Notes: generated by a model not told the origin, from the letters alone. A stretch of 64,000 nt of DNA from a virus (IMGVR_UViG_3300014057_000005:32001-96000), one strand, 5' to 3'; positions 37,201-47,828 are shown, counted from the stretch's first letter. Made by a program: numbers and translations.

Positions 37201-40200
37201 GCGTCTTTATATACTTGATATCCTGTAATCCAATATTCCTTCTGGCTATAATCCTTTTTGAATGTGCCAGTCTCAGGAACATATACCGCTTTTGGACGGT
37301 ACTCCCCATGCAGGATCCGTAAAATATCCCCCTTTGCAATCTTCTCAGACTTCCGGTAAGTCGATTTCATAATTTTGCAGACCATGTTGTTGCCGTGCTT
37401 CAGAGAGGTAAGTTCAAGCCTTGGGCACATTTTTGTGCCGATGTTAGCGATGTTGTTCACATACGCCAGACCAGAAAGTTTCTCTCCTCGCATTGTGACG
37501 TATCCCACAAACTCAATCTCATCAGCGATGCGTTGCTTTAGCATCCTCGGCGCACAGTTTCTTTTATAACGAGCTTCCATATCCCGCAAAAAACTAGTGA
37601 GATCCACCGTCATAAGCGTCTTCTCTGTTACCTTCTTGGCAAACGGCGCAACTGATTCCGGCTCAAACCCGCGTTTTCTCAGCGTGTCCATCTTAAGGTT
37701 CTTCGTGCGCCTGCCGTCCGCAATTTCGCTGAATGTACTGTACGCCATCAACAGCGCGTTGATCTCTCCAAACTCCTCAAAGTAGCCAAGCTTAATCAGA
37801 ATCTCAATCTGGCGCGAGTTAATGCTCTGAATCTTATCTTTGATGTCGTAAAGCAGGTCGGTAAACGTCCCATAGTAGTTGTCGCGAAGCCCGTACAGAG
37901 CCTCCGCAATCGCGCCATTCATATACTTAATACTTGCGATTCCCTTGGCGATACTATTGGTCTCACGATTCATACTGTAGCCAGACCTCGACTCTCTGAA
38001 CCGGATATTTGTGATTTCGATCCCGCGCCTCTTAGCAAACGCCGCAACTACCGCTGTTTTCTCTGGCTTATCCTCGTACACATTAAGACACGCGGTACAA
38101 AACTCAAGCGTGTGGTAGTAGCGCAGATAAGCTTCTACATAAGTTGTCAGTGCGTACGACATGCTGTGGTTCAGCCCGAACTGATACCGCGCAGCGTCCT
38201 GTATCGTCTGTAGGAACGGCTTAATAATGTCTGCGCATTGCTCTCTGGTTAGCCCGTAGTGCTCGGACGAGTAGTTCACAAAGCTCTGTTCAATCATTGG
38301 CAGAAGCGACTCCGTACCTTTCTTTTTTGAAATCGCTCTACGCACCGTGTCGGCGTGAGACCCGTCAAACCCGCAGTACTTCATCAGAAACTCCGAAGTC
38401 TGCTCTTGGTAGGCTAGATGCCCTTGTGTTGGCTTTAAGAAATCATTGATGATTTCCGAGCCGTTGTCAAAGAATTCGCCGTCAGCTACCGAATCGCGGT
38501 ACGATGCCGAGCTAGGACGCAGGCAAGCGCTTGCAAATGCGAGTCTATCGATCATTCTGAAGTCTGGATCGACCGAAATGACCTTCTTCAAAGTCGCATT
38601 TGATAGCATTTTTCTGATGTAATTTGCCGCCTGATTCGACTCAAATTGGAAGCAACAGCTATTATCGGCCATAATATCGCGCCAAACAGCCATGTCATCG
38701 CATTCCCGGAACTCAGGGGAACTCGGATTTGGGCGCTCAATTCCCGCAAGTTTGCAGGTTTGGTTAATGACTGACAGCGTATCAAGGGCGAGGATATCAA
38801 GCTTAACCAGATTCAGATGGGAAATCTCGTCCATGCACAGCTGACTTACCAGATACGGCGTTGTCGCCAGAGTGCAAGTCCCAACTTCCTCATCGAGCTT
38901 CCGGTCTGTGATTACGTTGCCGCTTGGATGTGTTCCGACCGATACAATTTTTCCTTTTACCACATCCACGTACTTGAATAAGTCTGGGTAAAGTTCTCTC
39001 CATTCGTCAGCAATCACAAAACCCATATTCTCATCGCGCTCGACCGCGTTTGAGATTTTTGCCGTGTCTTCCAGAGCCATTCCAAGACCGCGCCCCACGT
39101 CCTTAATCGCTGCTTTCAGCTGAAGCGTGTTGAACGTAATGATCTGGCTCGTCTCTAAGTTGCCAAGCCCCATATGGTCTTTAAGAATGTACTCGTCAAT
39201 CTTGCGCTTGTCCTCGATAGCGTAGTCACTATCGATATCCGGCAGGCTCACCTTTTCAAGGTTCAAAAATCTGCCAAAGTTCAGCTTGTAGTAGAGCGGA
39301 TCTACTTCAGTAATGCCAAGAAGGAAAGCAAGGAAGCTCCCCGCGACACTACCGCGCCCGAACCCGGCTTTAATACCGTTTGCCTTGGCGAAGTCAACTT
39401 TACGCTTTTCGAGCATCATGTAGTCGGCAGAGTGCAGACCGTTGATGACCGCGATTTCGTTGTCAATCGTAGGTTCTATCTCATCCCACCTATATATCTC
39501 TGTCAGGTACGGGTGGTCTTTGTAGCACTCATACGCAATCTCCTTCAGCTTCTGGCTCGAATCGCCCTCGCTCACCTTCGGGAACTTGAAGCTATAGTCA
39601 AGTTCGTACGGCTCGCACATATCGGCAATTTTCCCAGAATTTGCCAAGGCGTTACGCCATGCTTCTTGAGGAAGTGCCTCCTGTCTGTAGAACATCTCGG
39701 CCATCTCATCCTCTGTTTTGAAGACTAAATCCAAAGCGTCCTCGTCCGGGTAGCTAACATCTTTTGCTCTTTGCATGACCGCCCTAGCCTCTGCGTGTAA
39801 GCTGTCAAGGCTATGCACGTCCGTTGTCGCAACTAGGTCAAAACCATAGTGTGTAGACAACTGAAAAAGGTATTTATTGTAATCAGCCTGTTCTTGCACT
39901 AAGTGAGGCTGTACCTCTAGGAAAACCCTGTGCTTATTTTTAATCGCCCAAGTCAGGAATAACTCTTTTGCCCTTGGCGACCCTTTGCACAGGATTCCGC
40001 CAAGACACGCCGTGCAGATGATGATATTCTCAGAAGTTGCCATCAGCTGGCGCAGGCTAATTCTCGCTGCGTAGTAGTACTCCCAACCGCCCCTGTTGAA
40101 TCCGCCAGAAGATAAACGATTCAGTTCTTTGACCCCTTCCCAATTTCGCGCAATCAGTAAAATATGATAATTGTCACGAATCTTATTTTCGGGGTCCTCG

Positions 40201-40430
40201 AACTCTGTCACATAGGCTTCTATAGAATCGATGCACTTGATACCGGCTCTATCGCAGGCTTCTTTTTTGTTTACCCACTGGAACCGATTCCCGTGCTCGG
40301 AAAAAGAAATAAAGGTCTGTCCGCACTCTTTTGCTTTGGCGATATACGACAGGTAGTCTGTAACCGAATCCATACCTGCCCCGGAAACATTCGAATTGTC
40401 TGTATGTAAGTGCAGATGACCAAAACCCAT
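37197..40430 (-). CDS. dnaE: DNA polymerase III alpha subunit (C-family)
   Basis: PHP HLHLHT, EAY, HILL; GRGSVAGS, PDIDSD, HPSG, KLDILAL. Confidence 0.95.
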   Translation of the reverse strand: MGFGHLHLHTDNSNVSGAGMDSVTDYLSYIAKAKECGQTFISFSEHGNRFQWVNKKEACDRAGIKCIDSIEAYVTEFEDPENKIRDNYHILLIARNWEGVKELNRLSSGGFNRGGWEYYYAARISLRQLMATSENIIICTACLGGILCKGSPRAKELFLTWAIKNKHRVFLEVQPHLVQEQADYNKYLFQLSTHYGFDLVATTDVHSLDSLHAEARAVMQRAKDVSYPDEDALDLVFKTEDEMAEMFYRQEALPQEAWRNALANSGKIADMCEPYELDYSFKFPKVSEGDSSQKLKEIAYECYKDHPYLTEIYRWDEIEPTIDNEIAVINGLHSADYMMLEKRKVDFAKANGIKAGFGRGSVAGSFLAFLLGITEVDPLYYKLNFGRFLNLEKVSLPDIDSDYAIEDKRKIDEYILKDHMGLGNLETSQIITFNTLQLKAAIKDVGRGLGMALEDTAKISNAVERDENMGFVIADEWRELYPDLFKYVDVVKGKIVSVGTHPSGNVITDRKLDEEVGTCTLATTPYLVSQLCMDEISHLNLVKLDILALDTLSVINQTCKLAGIERPNPSSPEFRECDDMAVWRDIMADNSCCFQFESNQAANYIRKMLSNATLKKVISVDPDFRMIDRLAFASACLRPSSASYRDSVADGEFFDNGSEIINDFLKPTQGHLAYQEQTSEFLMKYCGFDGSHADTVRRAISKKKGTESLLPMIEQSFVNYSSEHYGLTREQCADIIKPFLQTIQDAARYQFGLNHSMSYALTTYVEAYLRYYHTLEFCTACLNVYEDKPEKTAVVAAFAKRRGIEITNIRFRESRSGYSMNRETNSIAKGIASIKYMNGAIAEALYGLRDNYYGTFTDLLYDIKDKIQSINSRQIEILIKLGYFEEFGEINALLMAYSTFSEIADGRRTKNLKMDTLRKRGFEPESVAPFAKKVTEKTLMTVDLTSFLRDMEARYKRNCAPRMLKQRIADEIEFVGYVTMRGEKLSGLAYVNNIANIGTKMCPRLELTSLKHGNNMVCKIMKSTYRKSEKIAKGDILRILHGEYRPKAVYVPETGTFKKDYSQKEYWITGYQVYKDA

Positions 40431-40436
40431 ACTTCC

Positions 40437-41207
40437 CTACTCCTCTTCTTCGTCTGAGTACATCTTGTATTCGCACGTTCTGCGGTGACCGCACAGGTTC
40501 GTACAGAAGAAATACTCTTTTTTAGGTTCGAACTTTTCGTCTTTAGCGATTGCGTTCACGGTGTCAATAACCCACCGCTGCGCTGCTTCGATATCCTTTT
40601 TGGTGACCGTTAACTCGGTGACCGTCTGGTCTCTGAAATGTAACCACATAACTTTGACCGGATATTTGCCGTATCTTTGTTTGACCGCCATACAGTAGAG
40701 CATCATCTGCTTTAAGTACCCTTCGTACTTTTTCTGCATTGACTTGAGTAGCTGTCCCTTCTTGCCAAAGAACGGTTTACATGACTTATAATCCATTACG
40801 ATGAAGTTGCCGTCCTCGTCTTTCAGAAGTAAATCGATGAAGCCATGCATCTGCACCTTGCCAACGCAGAACTCAAAATGCTCTTCTGCCGAAACAACCT
40901 CATAGTTGTCAAGATAATCGTAGCCATATTCAGCGAAGAAGTTCGCGCAATCGTCAAAAACTGCTTCCATGATTGATTCTTTGGCGGTCTCAACAACGTC
41001 CTCGTCATAGTTCTCGATGAACTCGGCGGGTGCATCGTCTGGGTCGAGTTCCCCTTCGGCTATTCGCTTCAGAATCTCATGTACCACCGTACCAACCTCC
41101 GCCCAGTAATTATCGTCTCCGTAGTTTGTGCGGTCGCCAGCAAGATAGGTAAGATAGTAACCGTATGGGCAATCCTCATACGCGGTCAACCGCGAATATG
41201 ATTGCAT
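40437..41207 (-). CDS. PD-(D/E)XK exonuclease, Cas4/AddB-like with Fe-S cysteines
   Basis: SYSRL...CP, GT.VH, GFIDL, DYKS, Q...Y, C-terminal CxxxCxxxxxC. Confidence 0.85.
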   Translation of the reverse strand: MQSYSRLTAYEDCPYGYYLTYLAGDRTNYGDDNYWAEVGTVVHEILKRIAEGELDPDDAPAEFIENYDEDVVETAKESIMEAVFDDCANFFAEYGYDYLDNYEVVSAEEHFEFCVGKVQMHGFIDLLLKDEDGNFIVMDYKSCKPFFGKKGQLLKSMQKKYEGYLKQMMLYCMAVKQRYGKYPVKVMWLHFRDQTVTELTVTKKDIEAAQRWVIDTVNAIAKDEKFEPKKEYFFCTNLCGHRRTCEYKMYSDEEEE

Positions 41208-42220
41208 TAAAATCGTTTCCTTTCGTCATAAAGTACTTGAAAAATCTCTTGCGTTTTGTCCGCCGGACTATCCTTCGCGCCGAGCAGGTCGTTGTAGTCC
41301 TGTATGATGTACACGTTCGTGAACCTCGCCAGTTTGCGTAACTGCTTTCTGAGTCCGGGGTCGTTCGCGATGATAACGTCCTTATCGTAGGCAATCACCA
41401 CGTCAACCTTCATCCCGATTAACGCTTTCAGTTGGAGGTCTGCAAGCCCGTGATTCCCAACAGCGGCCGTATTTTTAATTCCCCAACCGTAACACTTCAT
41501 CGTTGACTTGATTGACTCGAACAGGATGATTTCTCCGGCCTGTTTTACGTCCGAGTAGGTCACATTCAACCCTTCGAAGTATGACAGTGCGCCAATCGGA
41601 AACAGATTAATGTACTTTGGGAACCCCATTTCCTTGTAGTTTGGGTACATTGTTCGCGCCTTTATATTAAGCAAGTCGCCGTATACGTTGCGGACAGGGT
41701 AAACAATACGGTTTGTGGACGGGTCGATTCCGACCTCAAAAGTGTCCATCACCTCTTGCTTAATACCTTCTTTTCGCCAGAGAGGAATATCCCCATATTC
41801 AAAGTCGTTCATGATGGACTCGTCAATCGGTTTTCGTTCCGGTTCGACCGCCATATACTTTCTCGCTCTGGCTACCTGCTTCATGTAGCTGATTACCGGG
41901 GAGGATCCTTGCGCTTTCGAAATGTCGATATGTTGAAGCTTCGCTGCTTTCTCGACCGCCTCGTCAAACCTCAGCCCCTCAATCTGCATCAGCCACTTCA
42001 AAACCCTACCGCCAGCGCCGCAACTGAAGCACCAGAACTTGCTATGGTCGTCTTCAGAAATCGTGAGGCTCGGCGTTTTGTCGATATGCCTCGGGCAGTG
42101 GCAGACAAACTCGCGTCCTTTTCTCGTAAAGTCGTATCCTGTCGCGTTCGCGTATTCGAGCAGGTCGAAATCGTCGCCAAGCGCATTTATGAAATCTGGA
42201 TCGTACTTTACCTCTTGCAT
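41207..42220 (-). CDS. dnaG: DNA primase
   Basis: CHC2 zinc finger CPRH.DKTPS..CFSC; Toprim E and DKD. Confidence 0.9.
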   Translation of the reverse strand: MQEVKYDPDFINALGDDFDLLEYANATGYDFTRKGREFVCHCPRHIDKTPSLTISEDDHSKFWCFSCGAGGRVLKWLMQIEGLRFDEAVEKAAKLQHIDISKAQGSSPVISYMKQVARARKYMAVEPERKPIDESIMNDFEYGDIPLWRKEGIKQEVMDTFEVGIDPSTNRIVYPVRNVYGDLLNIKARTMYPNYKEMGFPKYINLFPIGALSYFEGLNVTYSDVKQAGEIILFESIKSTMKCYGWGIKNTAAVGNHGLADLQLKALIGMKVDVVIAYDKDVIIANDPGLRKQLRKLARFTNVYIIQDYNDLLGAKDSPADKTQEIFQVLYDERKRF

Positions 42221-43011
42221 CAGGTCTCCTCTTTATACAACTGCTGAAGCAATGTGTGGGTCGGCTCGCTGGTGATATTGTCTTTTGCCCAGTCAATGTA
42301 CTGTTTGTCCAGAGCAAAAATCTCAACTAGCCGCCTTCCTTTATACTTGCCAAACGGTAAGACATACTCTTCGATGTCTGGGGTGGCAGTGTTCTGCTTC
42401 TCCCCTAGAGCCGTCTTCAGTTCGGGGCTGATAATCCAATCGAGGTCAGCTCTGGATGCCAGAATATCGCACTCATGGATGAAGAACTCGCGGTCATTAC
42501 GCGGTTCCGACATGACCTTGCGCCCCTGTCTGTCCTTGTTCCACTCGCCAGAATGAGCCTCGCACATATCCGCAATCATCTGTTTGTACTCTTGCGGGAT
42601 GTCGTTTTTCACCTTGGTTTCCAGCACCCATCTCGCAGCGAGCATCGGATGATCCGGTACGGTGTACCTCGAACCCGCCCATCCGCACTTAACTGCGTCA
42701 TGGAAGACGGGAACACATCTCATAGCGTCTCTCTCTTCTGGCGTTGTAAATCTCTTCTCACGATTATGCTTCAGTCGGAGCAGGTGATTCAGAACCGAAC
42801 TAAACATATACACATGGTATATCTGCCCGTACACCGGATGTCGCTGCGTCGCGTTGTGATATTTCCCGCCAGTAGAAGAAGGCATTGAGAAAATGTAATC
42901 CGGGACATTCCCGACCATCTCAATAAAATAATTTCGGAACATTTCTGTCTCGAAGTTAATCAACATTGGCGAGAAAATCTGTTCTTTCTCACTGGTTGTT
43001 ATATCTTTCAC
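42220..43011 (-). CDS. HD-domain phosphohydrolase
   Basis: SSTGGKYH, HD, H..L, HSG.W, HECD; C-terminal LPFGKYKG. Confidence 0.8.
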   Translation of the reverse strand: MKDITTSEKEQIFSPMLINFETEMFRNYFIEMVGNVPDYIFSMPSSTGGKYHNATQRHPVYGQIYHVYMFSSVLNHLLRLKHNREKRFTTPEERDAMRCVPVFHDAVKCGWAGSRYTVPDHPMLAARWVLETKVKNDIPQEYKQMIADMCEAHSGEWNKDRQGRKVMSEPRNDREFFIHECDILASRADLDWIISPELKTALGEKQNTATPDIEEYVLPFGKYKGRRLVEIFALDKQYIDWAKDNITSEPTHTLLQQLYKEET

Positions 43012-43018
43012 CCCCTCG

Positions 43019-44368
43019 TTAATCGAAAGGTTTCTGAACTATATGTTGCTTCTCTGCTTCCTCGACTCGCATGTAGCGTCCGCTCATCTTCATGTCGATA
43101 TAATCTGTGGGATCCGACATATCGTGCTGCTCACCAAGGCGATTACAAGAAATTCTACACTGGAAGTTCCCGCACTCCGCGCCGTCCGTATCGACCATGT
43201 CCTTGCTTTTCGGGGCGATTCGAAACATCGTTGTCGCGTATCGCTCAATCTTATCGGAGTCAGCCACCTCATTCTGGCGATTTAACTGACAGCCAGACAG
43301 AACTGTGAGTTTGAGATCTCCGCCGATTGTGTTTTTAAGAGTGTCGGTCATCGCGCCGAGAGCATTGTAGTTCGTATCCGCCTGCAACTCGTTGGCTTTG
43401 AGGTAGTCATAAACAACGACCTGTAAGCCCTGAGAATCCCGAAGCATCCGGCAGGTATTATAGAGTTTTGACTTGTCATATTCGGGGATGTACAGGTGGT
43501 AGAACTTCTTTTTCTTCAGCCAAATCTTAGCTTTTTCAATCTTGAGCGCGTCCTCTTCTGAGTAATTGCCGCTCTTGATATCCTTCCCTTCAATTCCTGT
43601 TAGATGCGTCAGCACTCTACGGAAGAAGAGCGCATCGCTCATTTCTGAATCACAATAAAGCGTTGGGATGTCGTTGCCAACCAGATGAAGAGCCTGATTC
43701 ATTAGAACGATTGACTTGCCTGCCTTGCGGCGACCGCCGATGATATAAAGTTCTCCCGGTTCAAGCGGAGCGTACTCGTCAAAGATTTTCCACTTCCATG
43801 AAATCGCCCTTGTCTTATCGCGCTCACGCTTCTCAACGATTTCTTCCCACATCTCATCGACCTGTAACCCAAACTCCCGCAGGTCAGATTCAACAATGTA
43901 CTTTTTAGACAGATCCTCGATTATCGCGTACATGGATGTGCTGATATCCTCAATACCCACCTTATCGTTACGGCAGGTATTGAGCATTGCCTTCAGCTTG
44001 CGCTCTAAATCGCGCTTGTAGGCGTTCGCCATTACATCCTTTGCCAGTTCTACATAATCAGATGGATTACTTCTGGCAATCAGTTCACCAAGCTCCTTAA
44101 TCTCATCGATATTAGGCATATTCAGTTCGTCGAATCGCCCTATAATCGAAGGATTAGTTCGTAACTCACGCGAAATGGTATAAGCGTCTACAGAAATCCC
44201 ACGATTGAACAACTCGCGTATCGCGTAGTACAAAGCGCCAGACACGGAGTCATAAAAGTATTCAGCCTTAAGAAAATCTGACGAAAGCAGAAGTTCTGGG
44301 TTATAAAGCAGTGAGGCAATTACCCCCGCTTCTGACTGCTGATTCCAAATTGCTCCGGTCTCTGACAT
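43019..44368 (-). CDS. dnaB: Replicative helicase
   Basis: GRRKAGKS, DSEM, DYLK, QLNR, DSDKIER. Confidence 0.9.
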   Translation of the reverse strand: MSETGAIWNQQSEAGVIASLLYNPELLLSSDFLKAEYFYDSVSGALYYAIRELFNRGISVDAYTISRELRTNPSIIGRFDELNMPNIDEIKELGELIARSNPSDYVELAKDVMANAYKRDLERKLKAMLNTCRNDKVGIEDISTSMYAIIEDLSKKYIVESDLREFGLQVDEMWEEIVEKRERDKTRAISWKWKIFDEYAPLEPGELYIIGGRRKAGKSIVLMNQALHLVGNDIPTLYCDSEMSDALFFRRVLTHLTGIEGKDIKSGNYSEEDALKIEKAKIWLKKKKFYHLYIPEYDKSKLYNTCRMLRDSQGLQVVVYDYLKANELQADTNYNALGAMTDTLKNTIGGDLKLTVLSGCQLNRQNEVADSDKIERYATTMFRIAPKSKDMVDTDGAECGNFQCRISCNRLGEQHDMSDPTDYIDMKMSGRYMRVEEAEKQHIVQKPFD

Positions 44369-44378
44369 TTAATCTCCT

Positions 44379-44846
44379 TTAATCGAAGGGCATCTCATCG
44401 CCATCAAAGCTATCGTCCACGTTGACAAATCCGCGATCCGGTGCTGACGGCTTCTGGGTCATGTTGGCTCTGTTATTACTCTGATACTGCTCAATCGGCT
44501 CCCAGCCAAAGCAAGTGAACGCGTAGTAGCGCTGGTACTTGCCATCATCAATCTTCTTGGAGTAATTCGATACACCCCAGTTTGTAAGCTTGATTCTGCC
44601 GATTTTCTTGCTCCCGCGATTACCATCCGCGAGTCTACGCAGGTCGGAGGCGGCGGTTCCACCCTTTTTGGTGTCGTAGAAGTTCATATAATCGGAGAAA
44701 TCCGTCTTGTACCCGCTTTTCTCTTTTTCGTCCTTATGAGATGTGGTGATCTGAGCGCGAACCGCGTTCCTTACCTCGTTGCCGTTTGCATCCTTAATCG
44801 GATAAATCTGCCAGACATCTACATAGGTCGTAGTTCCATTCATCAT
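44379..44846 (-). CDS. ssb: Single-stranded DNA-binding protein
   Basis: OB-like body, acidic tail DDSFDGDEMPFD, position within the replication module. Confidence 0.7.
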   Translation of the reverse strand: MMNGTTTYVDVWQIYPIKDANGNEVRNAVRAQITTSHKDEKEKSGYKTDFSDYMNFYDTKKGGTAASDLRRLADGNRGSKKIGRIKLTNWGVSNYSKKIDDGKYQRYYAFTCFGWEPIEQYQSNNRANMTQKPSAPDRGFVNVDDSFDGDEMPFD

Positions 44847-44850
44847 AGGC

Positions 44851-45546
44851 TTATTCCTCTTTCTTCTTGGCTACTCTAATAGCCATCAGCGATCTCTTCA
44901 GTTTCAGCAGTGTCTCACTATCTTCGCAATACATCGGGTTGCCATTGCACTCCTCGGGGAGCGTAGTTCTGCACAGTTCGCCAACTTTCTCAGTGGCTTC
45001 CTTGGTCGTGCATTTCTTTTTGACAAGTTCTACGCATTCCTTCTGGAGCGTCTGAACCCTCTCGACCTCTTCCGGCATATCCTCGCCTTCATAAACATAA
45101 AGACCGATACCGGTCAGCATTGCGATTGCTTTAACAAGGCACCGTTTGTATGCCTTATTGGCTTCCAGCGAGGTGATGTTCTCTGCGGGGATCGCCTTGT
45201 TCTTAAAGTCAAGAATCGGCAACCATTCAATCAGCGAAGTGTAGTCTGGATCGCCGTTCTCGTCTTTGGTGCCGAACTCTACGCCAACTTCAACCTCAAC
45301 CCAGCCGTATTTTCCATCATCGTGCCACGGTCTATAGGCGGTTCTGTCGTTGACCACAACGGTCTGCGGAAGAACTTTTGCGTAGCCAAGAGGGAAAGCC
45401 TTCTTAAACTCTGCCCAAGCCGATGCCCAAGACAGATAGGTAAGTCCCTGTTTCTGTTTCGTCTTCCCGCGCACGTCGATTTTCGAACCGCGCTCAAATA
45501 GTGCTTTGTCCATCTCCTGCGGGACTATTGTTTTTACAGGCGGCAT
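44851..45546 (-). CDS. Sak3/DUF1071 single-strand annealing protein
   Basis: LTYLSWA.AW, WLPILDFKN, KRCLVKAIA..GIGLYVYEGED. Confidence 0.85.
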   Translation of the reverse strand: MPPVKTIVPQEMDKALFERGSKIDVRGKTKQKQGLTYLSWASAWAEFKKAFPLGYAKVLPQTVVVNDRTAYRPWHDDGKYGWVEVEVGVEFGTKDENGDPDYTSLIEWLPILDFKNKAIPAENITSLEANKAYKRCLVKAIAMLTGIGLYVYEGEDMPEEVERVQTLQKECVELVKKKCTTKEATEKVGELCRTTLPEECNGNPMYCEDSETLLKLKRSLMAIRVAKKKEE

Positions 45547-45630
45547 TTTTCTCCTTTCTTTCGAAAAATAATAGGCGCATCCTTCGCGGTCTACGCCCAG
45601 TTAATAGAGCCATATTTAATTGTCGCTGAC

Positions 45631-45891
45631 CTACGCCACGTAAAGGGCAACCTCTACATCGTCGTACAGGACGGAGTAGCAATTCTCCGTGACGCGCTTT
45701 ACGTGTAAAACCTGCTGTTTCCCAAGCGTGACCTTCTCATCGCCTGAGACCAACTGAATCAACACCTCGTCTTCCGTCACCTCGTAGCCCGGAAGAAAAA
45801 CCTTAGAGTCCACAATCTGGTGTGTCAATGACAGCGACACCATCAGATCTCTCCCCGCATTCACCCGCAACCATTCTCCCATTCGTTTCAC
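45631..45891 (-). CDS. Hypothetical protein, first gene after the SOS-box promoter
   Basis: GAAGGA RBS. Confidence 0.55.
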   Translation of the reverse strand: MKRMGEWLRVNAGRDLMVSLSLTHQIVDSKVFLPGYEVTEDEVLIQLVSGDEKVTLGKQQVLHVKRVTENCYSVLYDDVEVALYVA

Positions 45892-45948
45892 TCCTTCGCA
45901 TATCTGCCGTCATTGGGTAGTAAAGAGGGCTTTCTTTTGACAATAGTA

Positions 45949-45977
45949 ATTATAGCCTATCGAACATATGTTCGCAA
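45949..45977 (-). promoter_or_regulatory. Promoter TTGCGA-17-TATAAT overlapped by a LexA/DinR box
   Basis: Perfect palindrome CGAACATATGTTCG at 45961-45974 matches Bacillota consensus CGAACRNRYGTTCG. Confidence 0.85.
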
Positions 45978-45980
45978 GTA

Positions 45981-46922
45981 TTATTTTATTACTAAAGAGA
46001 TATATTTTTCAAACCATACGCGATCCAGCGGGGCGACTGGATTGATATTCACGTCCTCTAAATGCTCTCGAACTACCGATTGCGCTGTGCGGTCTTTTGA
46101 TTCGCCCCTTCTGACCTTAGCAGCCTCTCTCAGCTCTTCGATTCCATACTTGGCGATATAACGAGTCACAACGCCAGAGACATAGAACGTCCGAATATCG
46201 AAATCAGACTTTACCCGAGTCTTTGCATAAACACGGATTGCTCGTTGGCTCCGCTCAATCTGCCACTCGTACGGAGCGTACATCTTGCTCTTGTGGCGCA
46301 TGGTAACCTCCGGGAAAAGCCGTGGCCCGTCATATCTGAAGTAAGCCACGTTGTCGCTGAGACGAGAGACACGGTTCGCCAGAGAAATAGTTCGTGCGTC
46401 CAGTGCGATGTGGGCGCCCTTAGCCGTTGTAAAGATATTACCGTCTAACTGGTCTATGCTTACTTCGGCGATATCTTTCCATGTGCTTGCGCATCCGGCA
46501 TAGATTAGTCGAAAAGCGCATTCAACAACTAGGTCGTCAACATTCTCAACAAGCCACTCCTCAAAGTCTTCTGGCGTGTAGTAGTGTTCAACCGCAATGT
46601 CGCGCATCCCCTCCCAAACAACCCCTTCTGCTGGCGATGCTCTATGGAACTTGCCATAGTAGATCGCCCACTTATAAAATGCTGAAAAGTAGCTTCGCTG
46701 ATGGGTCATCTGACTCAGCTTCTTACTCGGCGTAAGCTTATTCACAACAATATCAAACAACTCTTCGTTCGTGTAGTCCATTGGGGTCTTGCCCGTTCTC
46801 TCATACATTGAGACTACTGGCTTAGACAGGAGTGTTCTAGAATAATCCACTTTGATTTTCTCCTGTGTGTTAAGACCCTCAACGAACTCGTTAACTATGT
46901 TATTGTACTCTCCGAATGTCAT
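45981..46922 (-). CDS. Recombinase-fold protein lacking catalytic motifs; MrpR/YopR-like repressor candidate
   Basis: SAM-like N-terminus (..FYKWA), LIYAG...DI..V...Q, IRTFYVSG instead of HxLR; own consensus promoter. Confidence 0.6.
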   Translation of the reverse strand: MTFGEYNNIVNEFVEGLNTQEKIKVDYSRTLLSKPVVSMYERTGKTPMDYTNEELFDIVVNKLTPSKKLSQMTHQRSYFSAFYKWAIYYGKFHRASPAEGVVWEGMRDIAVEHYYTPEDFEEWLVENVDDLVVECAFRLIYAGCASTWKDIAEVSIDQLDGNIFTTAKGAHIALDARTISLANRVSRLSDNVAYFRYDGPRLFPEVTMRHKSKMYAPYEWQIERSQRAIRVYAKTRVKSDFDIRTFYVSGVVTRYIAKYGIEELREAAKVRRGESKDRTAQSVVREHLEDVNINPVAPLDRVWFEKYISLVIK

Positions 46923-46960
46923 ATCCTTTCTCCTTTCTATGTGACATTCTCCCCAAGTAC

Positions 46961-46989
46961 ATTATACTATTTGTCGCTCCAGTTGTCAA
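46961..46989 (-). promoter_or_regulatory. Promoter TTGACA-17-TATAAT
   Basis: -35 at 46984-46989, -10 at 46961-46966. Confidence 0.85.
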
Positions 46990-47004
46990 TCTGCCTAATG
47001 TATT

Positions 47005-47781
47005 TTAGGCGAATTGCGCGAAGTATTCGCCCATCTGGGCATAAACCTTACCCATCTCTTCTTCGTCAATACCACAGTACGCCAGAGTGATTGACGGGCT
47101 GCTGTGGCGGAAAAGCTTCTGAAGCGTTGCCAGAGCGTAAGCGTCGCCCCTGTTCTGGGTGAGGAAGTGATACCCAAAGGTCTTCCTGAGCGAGTGTGTC
47201 CCCACGTTGCGACGAATTCCAACTTCCTTAGCCGCAGCCTTTACAATCATATTGCAATTGTCGATGCCGATATGATAGCTGCTGGTGCGGAAAGTCGTAA
47301 AGACGTATCCGTCATAATCCAGAAGGTTGTGTTCTGCCATGAATGCACGGTACTCCTCGAGCGCTCTCTTGGTATAGGCGTTGAGTGCGTACGTGGCGAA
47401 CTTGCCAGTCTTCTGCTCCTGAATGCGAACGCCCTCGCGGAACTTCCAATCAGGATAGTAGAAGTCCATCCAACGTCTGGAGACCACGTCAGAGTTGCGC
47501 AGACCGCTGTTTAATGAGGCAAGGATCCATGCGCGATTGCAAAGCGCGGATCTCAGCATCCGGTCGGTCTTCGCGGTTTTGATCTTGTTCTCAAACACGC
47601 CAATAAAGGCGGCAACCTGCTCGTCTTCCTTAATCGGGTAGACCATCTTGGTTCTTCCCGCCACGGAATTCTGAGGGGTCTGCTTGACGGCTCCGGTCAG
47701 CGTGTACTTGGTCTGACGAGGCATCTCAAAAGTACCAGTTTTCAGTCCTTCGGTTTCGATAACCTGTGCTCTAGCCGCCAT
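47005..47781 (-). CDS. Second tyrosine recombinase (catalytic domain only)
   Basis: SGLRNSD, EQKTGK, HSLRKTFGY, FRHSSPSITLAY. Confidence 0.9.
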   Translation of the reverse strand: MAARAQVIETEGLKTGTFEMPRQTKYTLTGAVKQTPQNSVAGRTKMVYPIKEDEQVAAFIGVFENKIKTAKTDRMLRSALCNRAWILASLNSGLRNSDVVSRRWMDFYYPDWKFREGVRIQEQKTGKFATYALNAYTKRALEEYRAFMAEHNLLDYDGYVFTTFRTSSYHIGIDNCNMIVKAAAKEVGIRRNVGTHSLRKTFGYHFLTQNRGDAYALATLQKLFRHSSPSITLAYCGIDEEEMGKVYAQMGEYFAQFA

Positions 47782-47828
47782 AGCAGTTCTCCCTTCGTAG
47801 GTGTGCCGCCCATCTGTTTACATGGTGT

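Noticed and set aside
40437-41207. Cas4-like nuclease as part of a CRISPR system
   Set aside because: No repeat-spacer array or other cas genes are visible; it sits between primase and DnaE as a typical phage replication/recombination exonuclease.
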